Shown: positions 26,031 to 35,862 of the stretch, in pieces
Numbering within the stretch: position 1 is the stretch's first letter
Layout: each line of letters opens with the position of its first letter
IMG/VR virus record: IMGVR_UViG_3300023174_000078
Coordinates: 57,277-121,276 of that record
Length of the DNA: 64,000 bases
Source: a virus
Strand: one strand, 5' to 3'
The notes under the pieces: model-generated
Database searches by the model: none
Seen by the model: the letters and a program-made list of their open reading frames with translations, nothing else
What the model was told of the DNA's origin: nothing
Translations under genes and position numbers: made by a program

Positions 26031-26225
26031 TTATTTACCGGTCTGTTTAGCTTTGCCGATATTCAGCGCGAGAAAGTCGATGACGGCATAGAATTTGGCC
26101 CATACGGTCCCGGCTTTAGGGGTAGGCGTAACAGCTGCGATAGCAGAAGCCAGCGTGACAACAGCAGTAGCCACTTTGACCCAAGAATTATCGATATAAG
26201 GAGTGAGTAAGGTTATGAAGTCCAT
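26031..26225 (-). CDS. Putative holin
   Basis: VVTLASAIAAVTPTP...Y.VIDFLALNIGKAK; sits upstream of the amidase. Confidence 0.7.
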   Translation of the reverse strand: MDFITLLTPYIDNSWVKVATAVVTLASAIAAVTPTPKAGTVWAKFYAVIDFLALNIGKAKQTGK

Positions 26226-26261
26226 AATATTTCAGGTTGACAAAAACATTGTATTCATTTA

Positions 26262-26921
26262 ATGCGTGAATGCAAGCAAATAAACATATACAATTGTATG
26301 AACGTCAAAAAAGTATTGATCAACAAAAACGACGCCGGGTTCGGGCTATCTAAAGAAGCTCATGAGTTATTTCTAAAGAAGGCCAACATACCTTTTAACA
26401 AAAGAATTGAAAATTTTAAAACTATACTAATTAAAAGCAGCGAACTAGACTATGTCGCAGCAGTTAACAACGCCAAAGGTAGTGCGGATTTAGAAGAAAT
26501 TAGGAAAACACACATTCACCACAGCTGCGAAATTCCCCGGGATCATCCTGCTTTGTGGGAAGTGGCTGATCTTCTTGGTATGGAGCGCATGAATGATCGT
26601 TTTTCCAAGCTAGAATTTGCTGAGGTTCCCGAAGACAAGCAGTGGAGTATCAAACAAATTAACGGAGTTGAGTATATTTCTATAAATCCTAATACAATTG
26701 CTAAATTTAATGGGAAATGCGAGCATTGGTACGCTTCTGATTTTCGCCCGCCTTGGATGGAGGACACAAAAGATATCGTTGTTGTCGCGGGTATTGACAA
26801 AAACGACACTGTAACTTGCATGATTTGTGCTTGGGGTGCTATTTCAGCACACACCTCGGATTGGGCAACTTATAAGTGGTATCCTCTCACCAAACTTTGT
26901 TCTTTCTACACCACAAAATAA
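26262..26921 (+). CDS. Hypothetical phage protein (start probably at MNVKK)
   Basis: KVLIN....GFGLS, RDHP.L, G.EY motifs. Confidence 0.6.
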   Translation: MRECKQINIYNCMNVKKVLINKNDAGFGLSKEAHELFLKKANIPFNKRIENFKTILIKSSELDYVAAVNNAKGSADLEEIRKTHIHHSCEIPRDHPALWEVADLLGMERMNDRFSKLEFAEVPEDKQWSIKQINGVEYISINPNTIAKFNGKCEHWYASDFRPPWMEDTKDIVVVAGIDKNDTVTCMICAWGAISAHTSDWATYKWYPLTKLCSFYTTK

Positions 26922-26977
26922 GCAATAAATGCTTGCGCATGCCTACATGCTATCGGATAGCATGAAGTTACGCACAA

Positions 26978-27190
26978 ATGAAATCAAAAAAGAATCTAGA
27001 AACATCTATAGGGTTCTTGGATAACCTATTAAGTCAGATAAGTCCAGAACATCCGAGTTACGACAACTACATAAAAGCGGTAAATACAGCCGTAGCAGCT
27101 ATAAAAGCGTTTCGTGCGCTGGAATTAAAGAAACAAAACAAACACAGATTAACAAAAATCGAAAAAACCAAATCAACTGATGCAGACTGA
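26978..27190 (+). CDS. Hypothetical protein
   Basis: ORF. Confidence 0.5.
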   Translation: MKSKKNLETSIGFLDNLLSQISPEHPSYDNYIKAVNTAVAAIKAFRALELKKQNKHRLTKIEKTKSTDAD

Positions 27191-27755
27191 ACACGATACG
27201 TTTATTATTTCAGATACGCATTTCTCGCACGAGAATATTTTGAAATTTGACCGCGATGACGGCCAAAAAGTACGTCCCGGGTTCTCGTGTTTCGAGGAAA
27301 TGGACGAATATATTGTAAATAAATGGAATTCCGTCGTTAAACCAAACGATAAAGTTTATCATTTAGGTGACGTTGTGATGAAAAAGCGCTACATAGACGT
27401 TGTTAAGCGACTTAACGGTAAAAAGCGGCTAATTATGGGTAACCATGACATATTTGGCTTCCAATTTTATGCCGATTACTTTGACGAAGTGTACGCAATG
27501 CGTATTTTACCGAAAGAAAGGGTTATGATGACCCATATTCCGTTACATTTGAATTCCATCAAACGTGGATTCATCAATATACACGGGCATATTCACGAAA
27601 GAATCATCGGACAAGACACTCAGATGGTTTTAGGGCATATTTCTGACCAACATCCATTTTATTTCAATGCTTGCGTTGAGCATCACGACTACACACCCGT
27701 AGCTATGGACATCATTTGCGATAAAATCAAAAATCTAGACCAAATTAGTACTTAA
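27180..27755 (+). CDS. Calcineurin-like metallophosphoesterase
   Basis: SDTHF.H, LGD, GNHD, THIP, HGHIH. Confidence 0.9.
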   Translation: MQTEHDTFIISDTHFSHENILKFDRDDGQKVRPGFSCFEEMDEYIVNKWNSVVKPNDKVYHLGDVVMKKRYIDVVKRLNGKKRLIMGNHDIFGFQFYADYFDEVYAMRILPKERVMMTHIPLHLNSIKRGFINIHGHIHERIIGQDTQMVLGHISDQHPFYFNACVEHHDYTPVAMDIICDKIKNLDQIST

Positions 27756-27870
27756 TATGTGGAAATATGTAGATAAACTGCTTTGTTACATAGGATGCCA
27801 CAATTGGCGCAATGGCCCCGGCACACCTTGCGCTAGTTGTGGTAAAGAAGACGATTTTTGGAGCTAATTT

Positions 27871-28836
27871 ATGCCTGAACTCACTTGGTATTTTATAGGG
27901 CCTGATAAAACTGGGTTCAATTGCACGGATTGCTGCGCTGGATTTTCTTTCTCTGGCGAATCTTGCTTACCTTACGCTTGTCCCACTTCTCCTTCAAAGT
28001 TCAGAAAATATCTGTGTCCAAATTCAGAGTTTCCTACTCCGCATCATATGTATAAGTGGAATGGTAATCCTGATTCAAGTGCGACTATTGCTGTAAATCC
28101 AATAGTGTGTCCTAATTCGTCTACGACATGTTGGAGCTACACACCTTCCGGTGGTTTAAACGCGGCGGGACGTATTGGCTCTAATTGTTCGCAATCATAT
28201 GTTACGTCTAGCAACATATGTATGACTTCTATTACACCATGCACGCCAGGCCCCTGCGCAATGGTCTCGGGAAATATTTTCTATCCTAAGAGCTGCATCA
28301 CCACCGCTTCGGGATGTATTTGTTCTTCAGGTTCTTCTTATAACACTTGCACGGCTACCTGTGATGATTCTGATCCAGAATGCGATCCATGTGAAAGATG
28401 TTACCATACATGTCCTTCCGGGGAGATAGTAGAATACGATTGTGGTTATAGTTATGAATGTTCGTGTGATTCTGCATCGGAACCCACATGTCCTGGCGGT
28501 TGCAGTCCTGACTGCGACGGAAACGGAAACTGGTTTTGCCCTCCTGTTTCTTGTACGCCTGCCTGTTCTTCGGGTTATTCCTGCAACTGCGGCATATGTT
28601 CATGCGTCGAACAAGCGTGCTGTAGCGGCATCTCTGCGGGCTGGACTTGGAACTCGGGACTTAATACGTGTGAGCCTTGTTACCAGGGGTATTGGTCGAG
28701 GTCAGATTGCTGCTATAAACGTTATAAACAAAAACACTGCTCAAATGAAAATGATACATGCTGCAATGACGGGCGTTGTTACTCGCAAAGTACCGTACTT
28801 TGTCAAATTCCAACTGGCAATCAACCTCCTCCGTAA
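27871..28836 (+). CDS. Cysteine-rich protein (45 Cys in 321 aa)
   Basis: Manual count; rich in S/T/G/P/C. Confidence 0.75.
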   Translation: MPELTWYFIGPDKTGFNCTDCCAGFSFSGESCLPYACPTSPSKFRKYLCPNSEFPTPHHMYKWNGNPDSSATIAVNPIVCPNSSTTCWSYTPSGGLNAAGRIGSNCSQSYVTSSNICMTSITPCTPGPCAMVSGNIFYPKSCITTASGCICSSGSSYNTCTATCDDSDPECDPCERCYHTCPSGEIVEYDCGYSYECSCDSASEPTCPGGCSPDCDGNGNWFCPPVSCTPACSSGYSCNCGICSCVEQACCSGISAGWTWNSGLNTCEPCYQGYWSRSDCCYKRYKQKHCSNENDTCCNDGRCYSQSTVLCQIPTGNQPPP

Positions 28837-28847
28837 TATATAGGCAT

Positions 28848-29060
28848 ATGAACAGACCCGTCCCATCTAATAACGCCGAATTGAGAAAGGCGGTTGATGT
28901 CGCTAATAATATCTTTGAGAATATAGCGTCTATGCCTGAAACCTTTGAAATGTATCCTTTTTTACTAGCGAGCTACAATAGTCTGTGTAAAGGATGTACA
29001 GATCCTCGCGCCTTTAATTATGACCCAAATGCGGAAGTAGACGATAATTCTTGTTTATGA
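28848..29060 (+). CDS. Small protein with a GCTD..A.NY...A..DD.SC motif
   Basis: ATG at 28848; C-terminal GCTDPRAFNYDPNAEVDDNSC. Confidence 0.6.
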   Translation: MNRPVPSNNAELRKAVDVANNIFENIASMPETFEMYPFLLASYNSLCKGCTDPRAFNYDPNAEVDDNSCL

Positions 29061-30667
29061 ACTTACCCTTCAAGAAAAGTTTATTCCTGGAACTGATACG
29101 CTATCCGCTGTTCGTTGATTTCGTCCGAAACACGGCAGCATTGGATATTCCTGATAATATTGAAGATAAGCATTTCCGAGGCCACAATCTGAAAAATTAT
29201 AAGGCTTATTTACAAAGCAACATAACTGTAGTTGAAGACTTACTGACGTTGTTTTTAGAGAGCTATCCTGTTTTTTGGGGGGTGGTTTTTACCATAAACG
29301 CAATGGCGGCGGAATATAGTATCTGGCAAGCGAGTGACGTGCGCAAAGCATCGCGCAGGCAGGATCATGCTATTGCAAAAATATATATTATTATTGATTG
29401 TGTTTTCCAGGCTAAGCTAGGCGACTACGACGCTGCTCGGCTGCATCACAGAATCGATAAATTAGTTCTTGGTGCTTTGACTAGTTTCGATTTTAAGCAG
29501 CATTTGAAAGACAAGATAGGCACGTACAAAGACCAAACCCTAAGTAATTTATATAATTATGTGGTGAGTATTACTTATAGATTTGTGCCGACCGTTAAAG
29601 ACTATATTATGCAAAAATTAGATTCCATTATGAGTGCTGACGATGTATTAAAGAATTATTTTGATCGTGTTGTTGTTATCAACTTAGATCGTCGGACAGA
29701 CAGATGGGAGGCGATACAAGAAAAGTTCGCTAAGATTAATTGGCCATTCAAGGAGCCTGAGCGGTTCTCTGCTTACGACGGGGACAGGTTACCAGAGCCT
29801 ATTGGTTGGACACACGGCAGAGGCACATGGGGTTGTCTGCTGTCCCACAGAGAGGTACTGAGTCGCGCGATACAAGACGGACTCAATAGCGTGTTAATTT
29901 TAGAAGACGACATTTTCTTCGCGCCAGACTTTGAAACTCGAGTCATTAATTTCATCCAGGGGCTACCTGTAAATTGGGATCAGATAATGCTGGGCGGTCA
30001 ATTTTTCGATAACTCTAAAGCATACGACATTTCCCCGGAAGTAAGGAAGGTCTCTCTTTGCCACCGGTCGCACGCGTACGCCGTTAAGGGAGCATTCATG
30101 CATTACATGTATTCTAAACTGTGTGCATCTTATGGGCACGTAGACCACATCATGAACACGTTTCAGGAGCGATTTAATGTGTACACGCCAAGACACTTTC
30201 TGATAGGACAAGACGGATCTCCTAGCGACATATCCGGGGCGCAGGGTAGCCCGGATCTGCTGCGAAATCCGCCGGATAAAGATACGCCTGTGTTCGTGAT
30301 AGCTCCAGATCTTGATTTGCATAAGCAAGTATTTGAATCAGATTTGCCGTTACACTTCGGTACCCTTGCACCGTCTGGAGCAAACGCACAGTTACAACAT
30401 TTTGTGGACCATCCAGTTCCTAATCTAAAATTCGCGATTTTTGAATTTTTGAATTCTAGTATCTGGTACGCTAGATCTGTGTACCCTTCTAAATACAGCA
30501 CCATATTAAATCCGGAAGGATTGTTAATGGATGAGGTAATGCAGGCCAAAGGAAATCTTAATTTGATATACATTGAATCGATGGCGCAACTGCAAGAAGC
30601 GATTGCTAAATATCCCTTTGGTGAGGATTTACCATCCCAGTTTCCAGAAGACAAACGTGAAATTTAA
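29051..30667 (+). CDS. Glycosyltransferase family 25 domain protein
   Basis: VINLDRRTDRW, GCLLSH, LILEDD, HAYAV, HVD. Confidence 0.85.
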   Translation: MFMNLPFKKSLFLELIRYPLFVDFVRNTAALDIPDNIEDKHFRGHNLKNYKAYLQSNITVVEDLLTLFLESYPVFWGVVFTINAMAAEYSIWQASDVRKASRRQDHAIAKIYIIIDCVFQAKLGDYDAARLHHRIDKLVLGALTSFDFKQHLKDKIGTYKDQTLSNLYNYVVSITYRFVPTVKDYIMQKLDSIMSADDVLKNYFDRVVVINLDRRTDRWEAIQEKFAKINWPFKEPERFSAYDGDRLPEPIGWTHGRGTWGCLLSHREVLSRAIQDGLNSVLILEDDIFFAPDFETRVINFIQGLPVNWDQIMLGGQFFDNSKAYDISPEVRKVSLCHRSHAYAVKGAFMHYMYSKLCASYGHVDHIMNTFQERFNVYTPRHFLIGQDGSPSDISGAQGSPDLLRNPPDKDTPVFVIAPDLDLHKQVFESDLPLHFGTLAPSGANAQLQHFVDHPVPNLKFAIFEFLNSSIWYARSVYPSKYSTILNPEGLLMDEVMQAKGNLNLIYIESMAQLQEAIAKYPFGEDLPSQFPEDKREI

Positions 30668-30672
30668 ATGCT

Positions 30673-30903
30673 ATGAATGGAGAAGCAGGCAAAGGTTCAG
30701 CTATTCGCCAGTCCTCGGACTGGAAAAAATATGAGTCAAACTATGACCAGATATTTAAAAAAGAGACTACGATAACTGACGGGCACACTACATGGAATAG
30801 ATGTGATAGAAAACATTGTGATCTGCATGTGGTGAGGCCGGGTAAAGTGCAATGCTGGTGTGACGAGCTGAAGGACCATTACACAAATGAAAGCCTTAAT
30901 TAA
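30673..30903 (+). CDS. Small phage protein
   Basis: AGKGS..R...YESNYDQIF. Confidence 0.6.
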   Translation: MNGEAGKGSAIRQSSDWKKYESNYDQIFKKETTITDGHTTWNRCDRKHCDLHVVRPGKVQCWCDELKDHYTNESLN

Positions 30904-31020
30904 ATTTTTATATCGCTGGGTAATAAATAAACTTTATTTTTCTACCTGTAAAAAGAAAATGAATAGTGCTAGGCGGCGATACCAGCGAGCCAAAGAAAAA
31001 CTTAATAGCGATATGTTTAC

Positions 31021-31230
31021 ATGAGTGCCGCCTTACCCCCTAGTTCAGCCATCATTTCCCGGATCACGCAGTATCTCATGACAGGTGGTAATTTTAATCC
31101 CGAATTAGCAGATCACATCGCTGTCAGAGATTTATTGATTGATTGTCGTGATGTTTTGATTGCAATACAAAAACGCGACGGTAAATACTCAAGTCCGTCA
31201 TTACCACTTGTACCGAATGAGCGGCTATAA
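31021..31230 (+). CDS. Hypothetical phage protein
   Basis: YL..GG.FNPEL..H..VRDLLIDCR. Confidence 0.55.
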   Translation: MSAALPPSSAIISRITQYLMTGGNFNPELADHIAVRDLLIDCRDVLIAIQKRDGKYSSPSLPLVPNERL

Positions 31231-31254
31231 TCCCGCAATCGTACCCGATAATTT

Positions 31255-32010
31255 ATGCGCATAATTCATACCCATAACGGGTTAAGACTTGGGGATAACT
31301 TAATACAACTGAATTTTCTCAGACGAGCAAGTCAGATAAATAAGGATGTGCAGTTCATTCATTACTACAATCCGCATTTTTGTAATGGTGCGGAGCTTCT
31401 ACCTTTTGTTGAGGGCTTTGAAACGCAGATTACAATTTCGCCAGCTTCCCCGCCAGCGCACAGTATAGATTCTTGGCGCGGACCTATGTGGTATTCGCAC
31501 GCGGATAGATTAGACTTTGCGAAGTTTCATTTATTCTGGTTCGCTCATTTGGCGGCAGTAATGCAGATTGTAAATCCAATTAATGACACAGAGCATTTAC
31601 TTATCGACTACCCGTTACTGTACAATAATGACGTACCGTCTTTTGACGCAGTAATCATTAATTCCCCTGCGCTGTCAGGACAGTATCATGCTTATAACGA
31701 GGACGACTACAGGCATCTTATTATTGCGTTGCTCGCTCGCGGTTACTCTGTGCTGACTACAAAGCCTACAGATTTATGTCCTTCTGCGGTAGGGCATAAC
31801 GTGGCCTGGATTGGCGCTGTAGCGGCAAATGCCAAATTGATTATAGGTACTAGCACCGGACCTAGCTGGCCTTGTTTGAATGTGAGAAATAGAGATGCTA
31901 AACACATTTTATGTCTAGATACTGAAAATGTTATCTTGACACCACGAGGTAGCGTGGCTAGGAATGTGCCGCAAGTTATCGATATTTTGGCTAAAGAAAA
32001 TTTTTTATGA
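31255..32010 (+). CDS. Glycosyltransferase-like protein (GT-B / GT9-like)
   Basis: RLGDNL N-terminal motif; IGTSTGPSW. Confidence 0.55.
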   Translation: MRIIHTHNGLRLGDNLIQLNFLRRASQINKDVQFIHYYNPHFCNGAELLPFVEGFETQITISPASPPAHSIDSWRGPMWYSHADRLDFAKFHLFWFAHLAAVMQIVNPINDTEHLLIDYPLLYNNDVPSFDAVIINSPALSGQYHAYNEDDYRHLIIALLARGYSVLTTKPTDLCPSAVGHNVAWIGAVAANAKLIIGTSTGPSWPCLNVRNRDAKHILCLDTENVILTPRGSVARNVPQVIDILAKENFL

Positions 32011-33098
32011 AGCAGAACAAATATAGTGATTTTAAGATATTTGCTTTTCCTGAGAAAGTGCAAAGTTTCAGAGATAACGTCTTAACTGCGCCCATTTATG
32101 TACGCATTAAGCCTATTAATCGTTGTAATCATGCTTGTCACTGGTGCGTGTATTCGGATGGTACACTACGACCTAAGGATCGCCCAGACAAGCATTTGAA
32201 AGCGGGTATGCACGAGACCATGCGCGAGCAGGACATCATGCCTACGGATGCCGCGCTCGGCCTCATCGATGACCTGGCTGATATTGGTACTAAAGCCGTG
32301 ACATTCTCTGGCGGTGGAGAACCTCTACTTCATAAAGACATAGCTTCTATCATGCAGAGAACTTTGGATAAGAATGTAGCATTATCCATCATTACCAACG
32401 GGCAGTTACTTCAAGGGGCCCGCGCAGAGACTTTAGCGCACGCCAAATGGGTTCGTATTTCTATGGATTACACTAGCGAGAAGCAGATGGTGGAATCGCG
32501 TAATGTACCGGGGCGCTTCTTTACTGGTGTGCTGGATAATATTAAGACCTTCGCTAAAATCAAAGATAGCAATTGTGATCTGGGCATTAATTTTATTATT
32601 ACTAGAGACAATTATGAAGGTATTGTAGACTTTGCAAAACAGCTAAAGGATTGCGGCGTCGAGAACATTCGGTTCAGTCCTGTTTATGTTAGCGGTTTCA
32701 AAGAGTATCACACACCTATCGCTGCGCGCGTTGTTGAGCAGCTTTTAGAATGTCAGACTTTTTGTGATGCCAATTTTTCTATCAATACTACATACGATTT
32801 AGACAGCCCATCCAAGTCCCCGGTCAGACCGTTTAACCGTTGCTTATATGCGCAGACAACATGTGTCGTTGGTGCTGATCTGAATATCTACGCCTGCCAC
32901 AATACCGCATATAGTAAGCACGGACTGATCGCGGGTATGCAGAATAGAAAGTTTTCAGAGGCGTGGTTCTCTGATGAAGTTAAGGAGTGGCACGCCAAGT
33001 TTAGACCTTGCAACGTGTGTCACCATGAGTGCGCTAATCATAACAAGGTTGCGCTATACGAACAATTAGCGACAGATAGTGTAGATTCATTTGTATAA
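32007..33098 (+). CDS. Radical SAM / SPASM protein
   Basis: CNHACHWC, SGGGEPLLH, ITNG, C-terminal Cys cluster. Confidence 0.9.
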   Translation: MKQNKYSDFKIFAFPEKVQSFRDNVLTAPIYVRIKPINRCNHACHWCVYSDGTLRPKDRPDKHLKAGMHETMREQDIMPTDAALGLIDDLADIGTKAVTFSGGGEPLLHKDIASIMQRTLDKNVALSIITNGQLLQGARAETLAHAKWVRISMDYTSEKQMVESRNVPGRFFTGVLDNIKTFAKIKDSNCDLGINFIITRDNYEGIVDFAKQLKDCGVENIRFSPVYVSGFKEYHTPIAARVVEQLLECQTFCDANFSINTTYDLDSPSKSPVRPFNRCLYAQTTCVVGADLNIYACHNTAYSKHGLIAGMQNRKFSEAWFSDEVKEWHAKFRPCNVCHHECANHNKVALYEQLATDSVDSFV

Positions 33099-33104
33099 AT
33101 TTTT

Positions 33105-33911
33105 ATGAGTAAACAAACAAACAGCATGCCTAGAGTTGCATTTACAATTATATTTAATGGATTAAGACATTTAATCCATAATGACTACTATAAATTTATG
33201 GTCGAAAATTTCGACCTGTGGGTTATAGCTGAAGGGGTCTCTAAAAATACAGGGTCTACAGCTTGGTGTAATGTGTTACCTGACACTATCCATGATAATT
33301 TTCTATCTAAAGACGGAACGACTCAGTTTTTAGATGAGTTAGCAAAACAACATTCTAATGTTAAAATAGTTAGAAGTCCTACACGATATTGGCCTAACAA
33401 GGATCATCAAGTAAATGCGGCAATCGAGGAGATTAAGAAGCATTATAGTAACTGTCTATTATGGGAAGTTGATATAGATGAGCAGTGGAATAAAGAAAGT
33501 TTGGAAAAATCAGAATCTGAGCTAATAGAAAGTAACGCTAAAACTGGTTGTTTTTTAGCCAACTATTACGTAGGTAAAGATTTAGTAGCCCGTGGTGTTT
33601 GGGGTGAAGGCAGTCATACACCATATATGCGTTTGTGGAATTGGAATGGCGAACTATTCAGTACGCACGAACCTCCAAATTTAGCCGGGGGAAACGGACA
33701 TACAGTATTATTGACCCCTAGGTTCAATCATTATTCATACTTTTTTGAAGAAGATGTTCTTTTTAAAGAGTTATATTATGGTGGTTACACGGGATTACAT
33801 AGCAGGTGGAGTGCCGTGCAAACATCACCGACATTCCCTATTCATATTAGGAGTCTGCTTGGTAACAATACAGGATGGGCCAATACAGATACGTTTATTC
33901 ACAAGATTTAA
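33105..33911 (+). CDS. Glycosyltransferase-like protein (GT-A)
   Basis: S.DGT..FL, WEVDIDEQW (DxD), HYSY. Confidence 0.6.
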   Translation: MSKQTNSMPRVAFTIIFNGLRHLIHNDYYKFMVENFDLWVIAEGVSKNTGSTAWCNVLPDTIHDNFLSKDGTTQFLDELAKQHSNVKIVRSPTRYWPNKDHQVNAAIEEIKKHYSNCLLWEVDIDEQWNKESLEKSESELIESNAKTGCFLANYYVGKDLVARGVWGEGSHTPYMRLWNWNGELFSTHEPPNLAGGNGHTVLLTPRFNHYSYFFEEDVLFKELYYGGYTGLHSRWSAVQTSPTFPIHIRSLLGNNTGWANTDTFIHKI

Positions 33912-34576
33912 TTAAGCATATGCAAAGTGAAATACATCTAGGAGAAGAATTCGGACAAATGATACACAGGTATGTTAGTCTGTATAAGTTGAGAAATAAT
34001 CTTGAGATAGGTTCTTGGGATGGCGCGGGTTCCACGCGCTGCTTTGTTGATGCGCAGCAGGCCCTAGACGGGCCTAAAAGGTTGATATGTGTGGAAGCGC
34101 TAAAAGACAGGTATGATGTCCTGGTAGATAGGTATAAGGACGTAGATTGGGTGGATTGCAGGCATTGCACAAGTTTGTCCTATGATCAATTAATCTATAA
34201 AGATTTTGAAGATATATGGACATCGCCTTATAACAAAATATCAGGGTACAGTAAAGCTCTCGTTAAGAGCTGGTTTGATAATGGTGTGGAGTTGATAAAG
34301 AATTCCGTCTCACTACAATTGGAGACACTGGGTCCGTTTGACTCAGTCCTACTGGATGGGTGTGAGTTCTCTGGCTACTCTGAGTTTGTCCTTTTGAAAG
34401 ACAAGACTAACGTGTTCTTCCTAGACGATGTACACTCCGCCTTCAAATGTTACCAAGTATACGAAGAGTTAAAAAACAATACGGATTGGGTGCTGACAGC
34501 GGAAAACGCGAGTACCAGAAATGGCTACGCTATATTCGTTAGACGTCATTTGCACCTTTGCAACGCAACGCTATAA
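33875..34576 (+). CDS. SAM-dependent methyltransferase-like protein (start probably at MQSEI)
   Basis: LEIGSWDG.GST, VLLDG.EF, FLDD, RNG. Confidence 0.65.
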   Translation: MGQYRYVYSQDLIKHMQSEIHLGEEFGQMIHRYVSLYKLRNNLEIGSWDGAGSTRCFVDAQQALDGPKRLICVEALKDRYDVLVDRYKDVDWVDCRHCTSLSYDQLIYKDFEDIWTSPYNKISGYSKALVKSWFDNGVELIKNSVSLQLETLGPFDSVLLDGCEFSGYSEFVLLKDKTNVFFLDDVHSAFKCYQVYEELKNNTDWVLTAENASTRNGYAIFVRRHLHLCNATL

Positions 34577-34590
34577 CCAGTAAATAATTC

Positions 34591-35796
34591 ATGAGCAAAA
34601 CAGCACTAACAAAAGAGGATCTTATATCGTTTGAAAAACGTATTTGTGATTTGTACTTAGATAACAAACTTCCATTCCTATTCCATTTGTCTGGTGGTAA
34701 TGAAGACCAGTTGCTCGATATTTTTAGCAATATAGAAAAGGATGATTATGTGTTGTCTAATCACAGAAGTCATTATCATGCCTTACTGCACGGTATTCCA
34801 CCGGCTGAGCTGGAACAGAAGATCCTTGATGGGCAGAGTATGTTTATATACGACCGCGCCCGTAATTTCTTTTGTTCGGCTATTATTGGCGGTACGCCAG
34901 GCATTGCCGTTGGGATTGCGTGGGCATTGAAACAAAAAGGATCCAAACAAAAGGTATGGTGTTTTGTTGGTGACGGTACAGAAGATTCTGGACATTTGTT
35001 TGAGGCCGTGCGTTACGCAGAAGGGCTGGAGCTTCCATGTACTTTTGTAATTGAGAATAATAACCGCTCGGTGGAAACGCCTAATGAAGAGCGTTGGGGT
35101 TCTACGGGCGACATCACTTGGGAATCTCCCAGTGTGCTAAAGTATTACTACGACATCACATATCCCCACGCGCGTATGCCTGGTAAGATTGATCTCAGTA
35201 AAGCGGTCAAGAAAACTGACGAGGAGTATTTCCCACTTCTTCAAAATCCGGATTACGTGGATAGAACACAAGCGGATGAAATGAATTTATCTTATAAGGA
35301 TGCTGTGGCTCTTGCCATGAAAGAAATATCCACGCATAACGCAGTCTTTATTGGTTACAATGTGCGCAGAGGGGATGCGATGGGCACGTTGAAAGATGTG
35401 CCTATGTCTCAGAAGCTGGAGACGCCCGTGGCAGAGAACTTGATGGCGGGCTTAGCGATTGGTATGTCTTTTGAAGGTTTTATACCTGTGCTTTACTATG
35501 AACGGCATGACTTCATGCTTGTAGCCATGGACGCGATTGTTAATCATATTGATAAGATTGAGAGAATTTCGCACGGGCAATATAAAGTACCTGTTATTAT
35601 TCGCGCAGTTGTCGCGGATGGTGGGCCTTTCTACTCAGGGCCTACACATTCACAGGACTTTACTAGCGCCTTCAAATCCCTCGTCTCATTCCCGGTGCTG
35701 GATCCTGTTACAGGTAAAGATGTTTTGAATGCTTTCCGCAACGCACTAGCTAGTGGTAAACCTGCTATGATTGTAGAACGTAAAAGCAGATATTAA
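34591..35796 (+). CDS. Fused TPP-dependent E1-alpha/E1-beta (transketolase-like) enzyme
   Basis: HLS.GNE, SNHRSHYH, GDG..(x~25)..NN TPP motif; second half ETPVAENLMAG.AIG, GPTHSQ. Confidence 0.85.
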   Translation: MSKTALTKEDLISFEKRICDLYLDNKLPFLFHLSGGNEDQLLDIFSNIEKDDYVLSNHRSHYHALLHGIPPAELEQKILDGQSMFIYDRARNFFCSAIIGGTPGIAVGIAWALKQKGSKQKVWCFVGDGTEDSGHLFEAVRYAEGLELPCTFVIENNNRSVETPNEERWGSTGDITWESPSVLKYYYDITYPHARMPGKIDLSKAVKKTDEEYFPLLQNPDYVDRTQADEMNLSYKDAVALAMKEISTHNAVFIGYNVRRGDAMGTLKDVPMSQKLETPVAENLMAGLAIGMSFEGFIPVLYYERHDFMLVAMDAIVNHIDKIERISHGQYKVPVIIRAVVADGGPFYSGPTHSQDFTSAFKSLVSFPVLDPVTGKDVLNAFRNALASGKPAMIVERKSRY

Positions 35797-35824
35797 CGCA
35801 ATGAAAATTTTGAGAGATAGTTTA
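35794..35824 (+). repeat. 31-bp direct repeat, left copy
   Basis: TAACGCAATGAAAATTTTGAGAGATAGTTTA. Confidence 0.9.
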
Positions 35825-35862
35825 TCTGTATTATGCTTAAATAATTACGGAATATTCGAAAC

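Noticed and set aside
34591-35796. Pyruvate dehydrogenase as a central-metabolism auxiliary gene
   Set aside because: No E2/E3 genes, truncated beta part, and embedded among glycosyl- and methyltransferases.
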